The notes: generated by a model not told the origin, from the sequence alone. Positions 38,386-51,685 are shown, numbered from the stretch's first letter. The stretch: DNA of 64,000 nt from Sphagnum compactum (GCA_965153455.1 OZ234493.1:25906213-25970212), one strand, 5' to 3'. Translations and numbers: made by a program.

Positions 38386-38450
38386 TGTTTTGCATGAAAC
38401 CCAAGAAATTATAAAAATAATTTTGTAATTCTTGGGTTTCATGCAAAACA
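38386..38450. repeat. Near-perfect 65-nt inverted repeat
   Basis: TGTTTTGCATGAAACCCAAGAA ... TTCTTGGGTTTCATGCAAAACA (22 bp perfect); inner arms ATTATAAAA/TTTTGTAAT also pair. Confidence 0.9.
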
Positions 38451-39744
38451 TTTTGGGCCATAGATTTCGAATAAATGCTACAAGAACTTTGACTTTGCTT
38501 CTCCAAACCTTCAAACCTTCATCTATGAAGCTTATTTCGACAAAACACATACTTTCATGGTTTTACAAGCAAATTACGGGAGTTATGTGTTTCAAACACA
38601 ACATTAACTTTTTCACCAAAATATCATGTTGTTAGGTTGCATAAACGACATGTGATGTCACCTATCACAAGCTAACCCTTATACAAATACAATAATAAAA
38701 AATCCCTGCCAAAAGTCAGATACCAAGCTGAATCATTTTCAACTTCAAAATTACACACTCATACATTTATTTTTTCATTATCATTTATTATTTAACATGT
38801 GCAATAGGATAAAAATGTCATAGATTGGTCCATTTTGAATAGCATGTGCACATATTTCCTAATATTCTTACAAGGTCTGAACTTTTCGATAAAATGCCTA
38901 ATCTCAATGCTGTGAAAGATGTAATAATATGTCTTTGGACTTAGTTTCAAGTTTCAACCCCAAGGGAAACCTCATTTCATGCTCTATCAACACAATATCA
39001 ACATATCAAAGGATTTTGCAAATTACTCAATCCTAAATGTGTTAACCCAAAATAAGATCAGTTATGGATCCAAAAAAGTCCCATGTCCTTGGTAAATCAT
39101 TATAAGGGTCGATAAATGTTTTCGTTCAATTCCCCAACGAAAATATTGAATTGCATATGAGGCGCTTTGCCTTTCACAATCTTTTAGCTATGAAGTTCTA
39201 TAACAAAATATCTGTCCTTCTGGTAGAATATATTTTATAACCTCATTTTGAAATACTTGAGAATGTTCAGAATGATCATATGATTTTGCACAAATGGTAG
39301 GGTTTAAACATGATTCATTTCCATAAATACAATATAATTTACATTGTGAGTAAAATTGGAGCAATTGATGAGATTCACCGCATGCAATGCACATTGTGAC
39401 ATGATTTGAGGGTTGTATACACACAATGTTGCATATTAAAACACCTGACAACTACATATTTGAAATTGTTGTTGCTTTTGTGAAGGTGTAAGTCATCAAT
39501 TGGCACCTTTGACACTTGTTAATGTTGAATAAAATATCTAATAGATTATTCAAATAAGTTATGATTGGAAGAAAACTGATAGTGATTATGTGTGATTTTT
39601 TTTTTACATTTTTTTTAATTTCCAAAAGTGGCAAACATTGCTAAAAAAACACATTTTACATTCTAAACATGTTTTTCTAACTTTTTTAATTCACAAAATA
39701 TTGAAAATATACCACAAAAATAACCATTCATTTGTCTTTAATAG

Positions 39745-40660
39745 TGTCATGGCCAGGGTAGCCTTCATCTTGCAACTAAGGTTAAGACATGAAAAGGGAA
39801 ATGAGTTGCATTATCTGCTAGGATTTAAGCACATTCTCACAAGTGTGGAAAAATGTAAAAGAGTGACCCCCAACACTCCCAAGTAGTGGATTCCTATTTT
39901 GAAGGTTGGGAGTCCTAGAATGTTCTAAAATTTTGGAACAAGGTTTGAAGATTCAAACCTTGTCGAAATTGGGCCTTTTTTAGATTGTTAAAAAAAGTCT
40001 TGAAAATCATATAGTAAATATGTATCGCATTTCCCATTTGAAGATTTGAAACACAAATTATAAGGTCAATTGAATGGTCAAGAATCAAATTAATAATTAA
40101 ACTCCTAATTGCTAAAATGTTCGATAAAAAGATCAAAATCAACTTTCCAAAATGTCATTGGAAAGCTCTTTTTAAAGGCTATAATTTTTCCTTTGAAATA
40201 TCTTAACTAAAAATCCATGTATGAAGGAGTTATGAGCCTACAATGTAACAAAAGTCATAACTTGGCAATTTTAAGACCCCTACTTGGGAGTCTTGAAAAT
40301 GTATGCCACTTTTGATGTTGTTTCCACCACCATTTATAATCTATGTTATGAGTGAGAAAGAATGTCAATGACTCCTCCCAACTCCATGCCATGACAAGTC
40401 ATGTGAATGTGTGTTTTCAATGATTTGATCCATGCACCATTTTGGTTCTAATTTGTAATAATCACCCTTTCTTTATTTGTGCAAATTATTTTTCACTTTG
40501 AATTCAAATTTGTGATACTGTCATTATACACTTTAAAACCATTGAAATTTTTTCTTTGCGAAAACTAGGGAACACACCTTAGGCTTGCACTCCATTGTAA
40601 GATCAAAAATTGATAAGTTATCTACCCCCATTAAAATTTGACAAACCTAAAGGTGCATCA
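39745..40660 (+). mobile_element. Probable old solo LTR (gypsy-like), 916 bp
   Basis: Begins TGTCA and ends GCATCA, flanked by AATAG/AATAA (4/5 TSD). Internal ACTCCC/GGGAGT motifs; no internal coding domain. Confidence 0.5.
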
Positions 40661-40826
40661 AATAAGGTTTCGAAAATCATTATTCAATTTATCCCATCTA
40701 GGGTTCAATCATGATTGGGGTTCCAAAAAGGAGTGACCAAGTGAAAAAGGACTACAAATGACAATTTTAGATTGTCATAGTGTTTAGTTTGTTCAACTAT
40801 GGCATAATGTTGTGTTCCTATTATTA

Positions 40827-41027
40827 AGGTGCATTCACACCTAATGTTAAGTCAGCGTTAAGTGAAATTCTAAGTGGCAACCAATGTTAAATGGGCAATT
40901 GTTTAATATTAAGTGAATGTTAACTTAGCATAAAATCTTCATGGTAAATAGGTTTAGGTCCTAAATGACTAGCTTGGTGTTATAGGACTTAATATTAAAA
41001 TGTTTAACACCAAGTGTGAATGCACCT
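40827..41027. mobile_element. Tourist/PIF-Harbinger-like MITE (201 bp)
   Basis: Perfect 14-bp TIR AGGTGCATTCACAC/GTGTGAATGCACCT with TTA on both flanks; homologous throughout to 10931-11152. Confidence 0.85.
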
Positions 41028-42830
41028 TTAGAGTATGAAGAAAACAAGTTTGTTTTAAAAATCCAACAATTATTGGATATGGTTGTGTAAAATTCCTTGA
41101 TTAATTTTATGGTTAGTTGTCCATATTACAATTTTTTATAAAGGAATTCATGAAATATTAATGCAATTGATTTCAAAAGTTTTTTTGTATGAAATACATG
41201 TGTCTCTTTATGCAACTACATGTTCATTAGTTCAACTTGATGAAAACAAATCGTTGAAACAAAGGGTTGCAAGGGAAATTATTCCTTTTAAAAATCATTT
41301 AAATAATTTTTTATATTCATTTGGTTCAAAACTCTTAACTCTATATGTAGGTCACATGTGCAAGAAGTAATAATGTGAGAAAACATGTTTAGTTGATTTT
41401 AGAAGCTCATAGTTCAAAAATAAAAGTTCAAGACTTGTAAACCAAAATATTGATGCACAATTATAAATACATGCGAAAAATGGCAATCAACACACAAATT
41501 ATTTTATCTTGAACTATTCAATTTTTCTCATTTAAACTTGTGCTGTCTAAATTTTCATTTGTAAAAAAGTGCCCTAACAAAGGGCCAAAATCCTTTTTTC
41601 TTTTTTTTTGGAACCCCAACCATGAATGGACAAAATAGTTATTTGATGCCAAATAATTATGTGCAATTCCCATCAAGGGAGTTGTGAAATGAATGTTAGT
41701 ATCAAAATTTAGTCAATTAAAATATATTGCACAATGACTAATAATGAATGCAATGACTAACAAATTGTGTTCCCATGTGAAAATAATATGTAGTATTATA
41801 TATTAATGAAAATTTATACATCCTTATTTAAATTCATGAAACAATATTAAGTCTAGTAACATTTTAAGGTTTTTTTAAAATCATTTTTTTGACAAATCTA
41901 TTTAATTTGAAATTTAAAAAATGATTTTATCATTTAAACCAAGGTTGTCACCATGTCTGTGCGGCTGTCACGACATGACGGACACATCTAGATGCATATG
42001 CACCCTTGCGTCATGTCAATATAGGGTTAACCTACATCAACATAGGGTCAACCTAGGTCGAAAACACTCTTGAGTTGATTGAAACAGATTTATGGGCAAT
42101 CGAAATTGGACACATTTTGGTCATTGTAAACCTTGTGGAAATTGAAAAAATTCAATCGACAAACCTTTTGATGACTAAAAAAAATTTCAATCACCATTGG
42201 ATAAACTCAATCACCATACCTTGTGGCGACCGAAATTTTCGATCGCCCTTTTCTATGGCCACAAAAAAGGGGCGTGTCATATGTTTTTGGAAAGCCTTCA
42301 ACAAGGGCTTTCCAAAAACATATGACACACCCCACTTCCTAGCGACCGAAAAAACTTCAGTCGCCATTGGATAGTGCTAGTCTATGGATGGCAACCAAAT
42401 TTTTTGGTCACCATTCGACACACCCCCACCATCGGATGGTGACTGAAATTTTCAGTCGCCAAAAGGGGTGCGGGCCTATGCTATCATTTTGGGAAAAAAT
42501 AATTCAACCTTCGCTTTCCCTATTTGGCGATTGAACACTTTTAATCGCCATCCAATGGTGTGGATGTGACGATGATGATCGAAATTCTTTGGTCGCCATC
42601 CAATGGTGGGGTTATGTCGGATGGCGACCAATATTTTTCGGTCACCATTCGACACACCCCCCTCTATCCGATGGTGACCAAAGTTTTTTGGTCGCCAAGA
42701 AAAATGGGCATGTCATATGATTTCGGAAAGCCATCAACAAGGGTTTTCCCAAAAAATGTCAAGGGTTTTCCAAAAACATATGACATGCACCCGTTTCCTA
42801 GTGACTAAAAGAATTCAGTTGCCATCGGAT

Positions 42831-43040
42831 TGAAAAGATTGGGGGGGGAGGGCTTGAGCTCTTGCAAAACACACACACACCAAGAAGGCAACAAGTCCTG
42901 CAAAAAACAGTGGCGAAGATCCGTTGCGCGCGTGTCAATTGATGTGGATGTAGAACGGTCACTAAGCACGCCAGTCGATGTAGAACAGTCACTGACGCAC
43001 ATCATGAGTGTCAGCTCTAGTTGAGCTTGACATCTCAACA
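42831..43040 (-). repeat. 3' LTR of copia element (210 bp)
   Basis: Direct repeat of 47666-47878, adjacent to the PPT. Confidence 0.95.
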
Positions 43041-46000
43041 CTCCCCCTCAAGCTCAACTCCAACTCCATCACTCCAAGCATGCTACAGAATCGGCGATGC
43101 TTCTCAACTCCCAAGACCTTGGTGAAGATGTCAACAACCTGATCCTCTGTGCTGACATAAATAAGATCAATCTCACCTGCCAAGACCTTCTCCCTGATGA
43201 AGTGATAATAAACCTCAATGTGTTTCGTCCGTGCATGAAACACTGGGTTCCTAGCCAGCTGAATACTGCTAAGGTTATCACAATATATGACAACCTAGTA
43301 GCTTGCGGAACCAAGCTACCTCACATGCTGCCATCGCAGCACCCCTGTACTCTGCCTCTGTGCTCGACAAGGCAACTGTCGGCTGCTTCTTGCTACTCCA
43401 CGTAACAGCAACACTCCCAAAAGATAACATAAAACCGCTAGTATATCTCCTGTCTGAGATGCTACCAGCCCAATTAGCATCTATGTATCCATGCACCTGC
43501 AACTCTGTGCTAGCCTCATAAAAGAGACCATAATCTACTGTGGCACTCACATAGCGTAGTGTGTGCCTCACACCATCCAAATGTGGCTTCCAAGGAACCT
43601 GCATAAACTAGCTTTCCAACCCAACTGTGTAGTTTAAGTCCGGCCTGGTGATCGTCATGTAGATAAGACTGCCCACTATCTTCTTGTACATAGTGGCATC
43701 CTCTAAAACCTCACCTACATCTGCACTCAACTTGCCATTTTAATTCAGTGGTACAAAAATGGGCTTACAACCAACCATACCATATTTGGACAGCATGTCC
43801 AATGCATACTGTCGCTGTAACAACCATATACCCTCAAGTGTCCTGATGACCTCAATGCCTAGGAAGAATTTGAGCTCACCCAAATCCTTCACGTCAAACT
43901 TCTGCTTAAAGAGACTTTTTACATGCTCAACTTCCTTCTCATTGTCGCCCCCAACAATCAAATCATCCACATAGATAGTGATGACCACAATACCCTCATC
44001 ACTCTTATGCACATAGAGTGAATGATCTGCATTTGACATACAAAAGCCAATGGTGACAAGATACTCTGCAATTTTGTCATGCCATGCTCTCAGTGCTTGT
44101 TTCAGTCCATACAAGGCTTTACGCAGCCTGCACACATATTTTGGGTGACTCATATCCTCATATCCAGGTGGCTGGTCCAAATACACCTCTTCTTGCAACT
44201 CGCCATGCAAGAAGGCATTCTTTACATCCATTTGATGTAGCACCGAACCTCTTGATGCAGCCACTGCAATCACAGCTCTCACTGTTGCCATCTTTGCAAC
44301 AGGAGCAAATGTCTCCTCATAATCAATGCCATGTGTCTGGGCATATCCTTTGGCTACTAATCTAGCCTTATACATGCTTATGCTTCCATATGAGTTGTGC
44401 TTCACTTTGTACACCCATTTACATCCAATAGCCTTTTTCCCTTCAGGTAAAGGCACCAACTCCCATGTCCTGTTTGCATCCAATGCAGCCATTTCCTCAT
44501 CCATGGCTTTATCCCAAAGTGCATGCCCAATGGCATCTTCAAAACAAATGGGTTCAACATCCTGCACAACCTTTGCCATATATGCATAATGGCGAGCTAC
44601 ATAACCATCATATATCAATCTCTGGACTGGTCGTCTTTCCCTGGTAGACCTGCGTGGACCTGGATCTGTCCGTGGTGTCCTATTTGCTGCATTAGCTCTT
44701 TTCACACCAAGTGTCTTGATAGCTGGAATCCCAAACTCCTCATCAAGGCTCTGCTCAGAGCCACTAGACTCTCCATCTACATGTGAATATCCTGCAGAAA
44801 TGTCAGGCATACCAAGGGCCTCACCAACCTTCTCTTTTCCTTTATATGATGCATCACCTGTATTTGTAGGACTGCTATTATGACGCAGCCTACCACTCCA
44901 TGGTCTATTAGTAGACCCACTAGAAGGGGACTCTCGTGGTCCACTCAATGTTTATGATTGCTGACTTGCATTCTTTGCAACCACATGCTCGTCTGCATCA
45001 GCCCCAATAGTGTCTTTTACATCAGCATACTAGCTGCTCATTTCATCAAACACAACATCCCTGCTCACCCTCATTTCACTGTGATAGGGTTATAACATAT
45101 GTACCCTTTCTGCTCAAGTGAGTATCCAATGAAAATTACATTTTTCAGCCTTCGGATCCAATTTAGTCCGTAGCTCATCTGGTACATGTACATATGCAAT
45201 GCACCCAAACACTTTCAAGTGTGACAAATCTGGTTTTCTGCCACTGTACTTCTCCTCTGGAGTCATACCATGCACTGCTGCTGTGGGGGTCTTGTTCATG
45301 ATGTAAACTGCAGTCACAACTGCTTCAGCCCAATAATGATGTGGCATGCTCTTGTTAGCCATTTATGCACGAGCAACCTCTGCAATGTGCTTGTTCTTTC
45401 TCTTAGCAACTCCATTTTGCTGCGGAGTATACCTGCATGTAAATTGCCTCTGAATTCCATGCATTTTCAAATATGTAATAAACTCATTGGAGAAATATTC
45501 TCCCCCTCCATTTGACCTTAGGCACTTAACTTGCAACCGTGTTTACTTTTCAGCCAACATTCTGAAATTCTGAAAGTGACTAAACACTTCACTTTTTTCC
45601 TTCATGAAGTACACCCACACTTTCCTTGTGTGGTCATCAATGAATGATACATAGTAGCGACATCCTCCCATTGACGTCGTCTTGGTTGGCCCCCATACAT
45701 CTGAATGCACTACATCAAGTGCTCTCTTACTTACATTCTTGTCATGCGGAAACACATTCCTTGTTTGCTTCCCAAATTGACATGCTTCACATATCTTATG
45801 CATTCCATCCACCTTAAACTTTGGCAAACCAGTGACAATTTTTGAATTCTGCATAGACTTCAATTGTTGCTCATTTACATGACCAATACGCTTATGCCAT
45901 ATGTCCATATCAGCCACAACTCCTGCACCTTGTGCAAACATAGCAGCTTCCACCTCAGGCATGCTTACATCCAAAGTAAACATTTTGCCCATTCTTTTGC

Positions 46001-47495
46001 CCTTAGCAACTAAACGACATTTGTCCTTGAAGTCTTCAACATAGCAGCCATCAGGGTTGAACCGAACTTGCAAACCCTGCTCAATCATTTGCCCAACAAA
46101 AACCAAGTTCTTTGTGATATTGGGCACATGATACACATCAGACAAGTACTTTATCTTGCCATCTTGCATAGCTAATAGCACATTCCCGATATGAGCAATG
46201 GGATGGGCTGTGTCATCTCCCGTCTCTACATAACCTAGTTTTTCCAGATTTTTGACATCCCTAAACCACTCACCATGATAGGTCATGTCGTTAGAGGCTT
46301 CCGAATCCACATACCATACATTATCAACATTTGTGGATACATTTGCAACCATTGTATTTAGCATGTGCTGCACAACAAATAGATGCTCATACCTATCTTT
46401 AGCCTGCTTGCTTGAAGATGCATAATTATTCTGCTGCAGTCTTCCATTCCTCATGTCACTTTCCTTCTTTCTACATTTTCTGGCCCAATGGCCTGGTTTG
46501 CCATAATAATGACAGTCTCTAGAATCTGATCCAGATTGTTGTCTGTTCCAATTGCCACGTCTTCTTTGCCCCCCCCTGCCTTGAGACTGGCCTCTTCCAC
46601 CACCTTTGTATGACTGTTGTTGATGTGAGTCATTTGACTGTTGTTGTCCAAAATTCTGATTTCCAAAACAGCCACCACCTTGGCCTTGACCACGACCTCT
46701 TCCTTTGCCTCTACCTGTAGTTGAGTAGAAGGCATGCTGCTCTACATTGTTCTTGTTTTGTGTAGAACAGTCTTCATTTAAAGTTTTCTCTTCTACAATT
46801 AGCATTGAGACAAGATCTCGAAAGTTAGGAACATTCTCCTTGACAATTATGGATGTCTTGAAAGGTTTGTATTCCTTTCCAAATCCATTTAGACAAACGC
46901 TGACCAAATCATCATCATCCACAGATACATTAATAGATGCAAGGGATTCAACAATACCCTTGATTTTCAATGAATACTCATTGATAGACATGTTCTTCTT
47001 CTCCACAGTGTGCAGCTCTTGTTTTAGCTACAGCTTCCTTGCCTTTGTATTTGTCTAGAACATCTGCACCAAGTTCTGCCATGCTTCTGCTGGAGTGTGA
47101 GCATCTTGTATGTGCCCAATCATAGTGTCTATAACACTGACAGACAACCAATACATGACCTTGCATGCACCCTGGTTCCAATCCTTGAATGCCTTTATCT
47201 CTACTGCAGTGGCATTCTCCTCGGGCAACTTTGGAGGGTCTTCATTCTCACCTTCCACATAGTCCCAAAATCCTTTTCCCATAAGGAAATTGGTCATCCT
47301 GAACTTCCAAGCATGGAAGTTGTTCTTGTCAAACTTCTCACTAACAATTTGATTGATGCCGCCTGACATCTTGTCGAATAGCATACGAACACCTTCTGAC
47401 TCAAAACAGGGGTCGAGATGATGCAGAAACGTAGTTTCAGCCCCAAAATTCCGTCCGAAAGACAGTATACAATCCCTATAGCTTTGTCTTGGCAA
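43041..47495 (-). pseudogene. Disrupted copia gag-pol polyprotein
   Basis: Gag (NFHAWKFRMTNFLMGKGFW), zinc knuckle CHYYGKPGHWARKC, protease WYVDSEASNDM, WHKRIGH..CEAC, integrase VHSDVWGP, RT KARLVAKGY/QMDVKNAFL/YVDD, RNase H GYIDANWAG and RTKHIEV. Broken into at least 6 ORFs by stops/frameshifts. Confidence 0.93.
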
Positions 47496-47665
47496 AAACA
47501 GCTCCTCGATCCGATGTCGTTTGCCGGTGCCTCTCGAAGAGCTCCGACACGGGTGTAGTGGTGAACACGAAGGGGGAAGAGATGATGACCTCTCACTGCC
47601 GTACTGCCTCTTTTGCTTCTTGTGCTTGTTACTCAGCCCTTAGCCTGTACCAGGCTCTGATACCA

Positions 47666-47878
47666 TGAAAAGATTGGGGGGGGGAGAGCTTGAGCTCATG
47701 CAAAACACACACACACCAAGAAGGCAACAAGTCCTGCAAAAAACAGTGGCAAAGATCCGTCACGCACGCGCGTAAGTCGATGTGGATGTAGAATAGTCAC
47801 TAAGCGCGCCAGTCGATGTAGAATGGTCACTGACGCACATCATGAGTGTCAGCTCTAGTTGAGCTTGACATCTCAACA
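47666..47878 (-). repeat. 5' LTR of copia element (213 bp)
   Basis: Direct repeat of 42831-43040, directly abutting the PBS. Confidence 0.95.
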
Positions 47879-50800
47879 CGGATAGTGGCGATTTTTCAAA
47901 TTTTTTCAATCGTCATTTGACACACCCACACTATCGGATGGTGATCGAAGTTCTTTGTTGCCTAGGAGGGAAAACGAGCCATGAAATTTATTTTTTTCCA
48001 AAATGGTAACACAAGCCCACCCCTTTCGATTGCCATCTAATGATGGGGATATGTTAAATGGCAATTGAAATTTTTCAATCGTTATTTGATGATGGGGTAT
48101 GTTGGATAGTGATTGAAATTTTTCGTTGAGGACTTTCCAAAAACACATGACACGCCCCCATTCTGTGATGATTAAAAGGTTTCGGTCGTCACAAAAAGGG
48201 CCAATTGAATTTTTTTAATAGCCATAGGTTTTCTAGGAGTCGGCTGTCTCAGGGGCGAGTCGAGAGTCAAGAGGGCCCGGTCGCAAGTCGTGCGGGAATC
48301 GGAAATCAAGGGTCCAAGGGGAGTGGGAGTCCCAAGGGCGAGGGCGAGAGGGCCCGGCCGCGAGTCGGGCAGGAGTCGGGGTGACCAAAATGGGACAAGG
48401 TGTGGCAATTGAAAATTTCCGATCACCATCCTATGGTCACTATTTTTGGGATGGCGACTGAATTTTTTTAATCACCACAAAAAGGGATTGTCATATTTTT
48501 TTGGAAAGCTTTTATTGAGACATTTTCATAACCATGTGGCATGACCCCCTTTTCTAAGATTGAAAAACTTCGATCCCCATTCGAAAAATTGTGATGGTTG
48601 GATGGTGACCATATTTTTTTAAGTCACCCATTATTTTGAGTGACCGAAACAAGTTGAAGGGGGTTTATTATATCCCCCCCTTTTTAATCTCCATTGATAG
48701 TGGCGGCTAATTCTAATGGCGACCAAAATGGTTTTGGTCGCCATTTGATGGCTGCAATCAAATCTATCTTTTTCGTCATCCAACAATGGTGATCAAATTT
48801 GGTGACGACTGAATCCATTTCGGTTGCCATCCAACTGCACCAAGCAAATTCGATAGGGTTGAACGAATTCAATTGCCATATTGTGAAAACCCATCTTTTT
48901 GTTTTTTTCTTCCTTCCTCACCATTTGGGTTTTTTTTTCGCTTGTTCTTTGGTTTCCCCCCCATGTTTTTTTTTTTTTTGTGCCCGCTACCCTTATTTTT
49001 TATTTTATTTTTTCTTCGTATGCCCCCAACCCTTTTATTCTTTCTTCTTTCATCCTTTTTTTTTTTTAAATTTATTTTTGGTTACTAACCCCCCTTCTTG
49101 TTCCTTTTTCTTTCATTTTTGCCTTGTGTTTTTTCCCTTCTTCTTTTGTTCCCATCCCCAATTTTCCCTATTTCTTCTTCTAACCTTTTATTTTCTCCCT
49201 CTACTTACTCTTACCAATATTTTCCCTTTGTTCTTTATTCTCTTTTTTTTCACTTTTCTTCTTCCTTTTTCTTTCCCCTTGTTCTTATAATTGTTATTTC
49301 ATGCCTTTCCCCCCATGTCATTTTGGGGGACCAAAAAAATTCGATCACCATCAGATAATGGGGGTGTATTAGATGGCGACCAAAAAATTTTGATTACCAT
49401 CAAACACACCCCCACACCATCAAATGACGATCAAAATTCTTCAGTCGCTCAAAAGGGAAAGCAAAGGATGGAATTTTTTTCCAAAATGATAACACAAGCT
49501 CCCACACCTTTCAATCGCCATCCAATAGTGGGGGTATGTCAAATGGCGACTAAAATTCTTTAGTCACCAAAATAGGGGGAAAGGGGGGCTGCATGTAATA
49601 TCATTTTTGAAAAAAAAATCATCCCCCCTACCTTCTTGGGCAACTAAAAAATTTCAATCGCCATCTAATGGTGGGGGTGTGTCGGATGGCGACCAAAGAC
49701 ATTCGGTTGTCATTTGACACACCCCACTATCCATTAGTGACCAAAGTTTTTCAATTGCCAAGAAAAAGGGCATGTCATATGTTTATGGAAACCCCTCGTT
49801 ACAAAGAAGGGTGTTTGGCAAAAAATTGGTTACTGTAAGGTTGACAACTAAAAATTATTGGTTGCCGCAGGATTGAAAATTTTCAATCATCAGAAGATTG
49901 GCGGTTAAAATCCGTTTTCGATTGCCATTTCTAATGAAAGCTACCTGAGTGTCAATAAATTCTTTTTTTGTCTATCCTAATAAAATTGATGAATGCAGCA
50001 AACATGTCCGGATAGACACTGATATGACACCTAACATTAAATGGTCATGTCATGTCAATTACGACAACCTCAATTTAAACTTCAACTCATGTTGACTAAC
50101 TTATCAATATGTCTTACATATTATTTTTGAAACATTTTTTAATACGTATTTTAACATACAAAAATATATAACTTTGATAAAAACATTATTTACAACTTCA
50201 TGGCAATAATATCCTTTGACAACCACCATAACAAAATCTTTGTTTTAAATTCATCAAATGGCCAACTATGTTGGAACTATGAAAACTATATGAAAATTTG
50301 TACAATAATGTGTAATCTATGTCTGCATCTATGCATGAAGGGTTCAAAGGCTATCTACCTTACGAAGGAAAAGTGCAATCATGTACATTGAAAGGCATCC
50401 AAAACCCTAAACTCATAACTCAAGAAGAATATGTTGATGGTTCATATAAGTTTGAGGATATCATTTCAAAAATAATATTTGTACAAATGAAAATAAATTA
50501 CTTGTGGATAGGGTTTATGATTAGATAAATGGAAAGGAATAATCTCAAAGTGATATACACATTGACATTTTCACTTATACCAATGACTCCACTATTTATT
50601 CACATTAATGAAAATTTTAGATGTTAAGTATTTTTTAAGCTTTCTTGTTTTCTTCATAGCACTTTTAAAGGAAAAAACTTCCTATCTTAAAGTTCTCTTA
50701 AAGAAAATCAAAAGATTTGCTCATTCAAAAGAAATTTTGTTTTTGGAATTTCAAGATTCACTTTAAAATGGACCAAATGTTTTTTCAATAAAACAAATTT

Positions 50801-51308
50801 TCTTTTTAAAATTTCATTGTTAGAACTTGGGACTAGGGAATGGGAGACTAAACATTTTTCGTGACTTTGTGTAGACTATTATAAGTGAGGAGTTTTCTAA
50901 AACCCCTCAATCTTCATTAGATTTCTTTTTTTTGTTTATTATATTATATTTTTTTTATTCATACACTTGTTTTGTTTTCACATTTATTCAATGACACAAT
51001 TTTTCCTTCTGTGCCCTTAAGGCACTTGGACCACCAAGGCTACATTAAAGAAAATGTTGAAAATAACATTGAGGTCATGTAAGATGGTAACTCAGAATGC
51101 TTATATTAAAGGGATTTCACTCAAATTATATTGTGGATAATGCAAGTTGCTAAGTGCTATCCCAATATTGTGTTTGAATTTTTGCATTGCATTGTTAGAC
51201 ATGCAACTCAACTCAATATGCATGTAAGTTAGTAATGTCACTAGCCTAAAACCAATATGTGGAGATGATAAAATCAATGGAAAAAGTTATATAATTAAAA
51301 TTTGATTA

Positions 51309-51685
51309 GGAAGATTCAAAGGTTGATTATTTTTCATAGTAGTTGATTATTTCGAGAAGAGATTATCTCAAATGTTCATTTAGGTACATATGACTAGATA
51401 AATTATTGCATCCTCGATGATTCAAAACTCTAATTTGACAAATCAGAATAGGGTTTACTTTATAACAATGGACTTTTACTTTTTATCATTCTAAATGTTC
51501 AAAAACACCTTCTCATGTGAAAATGTTTGGATTGTAATACTTGACAAAAAAATCATGAGATTAAAAAACACAATGAAATTCATTAGGCATTCAAAGTTTC
51601 ACATTCAATGATCACATAATTGAGAACATAATTAAGCATTAAAACATTGATGTTGTGAATGATATAATCAACCTTTGAATCCCCC
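51309..51685. mobile_element. Tc1/mariner-type MITE (377 bp)
   Basis: TIR GGAAGATTCAAAGGTTGATTAT / ATAATCAACCTTTGAATCCCCC (18-bp perfect core), TA on both flanks. Confidence 0.75.

Larger units (their letters stand above)
42831..47878 (-). mobile_element. Full-length but inactivated Ty1/copia LTR retrotransposon (5048 bp)
   Basis: LTRs at 42831-43040 and 47666-47878 with TG...CA ends. 5-bp TSD CGGAT (42826-42830, 47879-47883). Met-tRNA PBS TGGTATCAGAGCC (minus strand, 47653-47665). PPT AGGGGGAG (43041-43048). Domain order gag-PR-INT-RT-RH. Confidence 0.97.
41940..50072. mobile_element. Non-autonomous TIR DNA transposon (hAT-like, ~3.1 kb once the nested copia is removed)
   Basis: Perfect 8-bp TSD ATTTAAAC at 41932-41939 and 50073-50080. 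TIR CAAGGTTGTCA vs CGACAACCTCA (rc TGAGGTTGTCG). Interior built from many degenerate GGCGACCGAA/TTCGGTCGCC motifs on both sides of the copia. Confidence 0.8.

Noticed and set aside
48799..49358. Phe-rich ORFs resembling membrane proteins
   Set aside because: Artefacts of a T/C low-complexity tract inside the TIR element.
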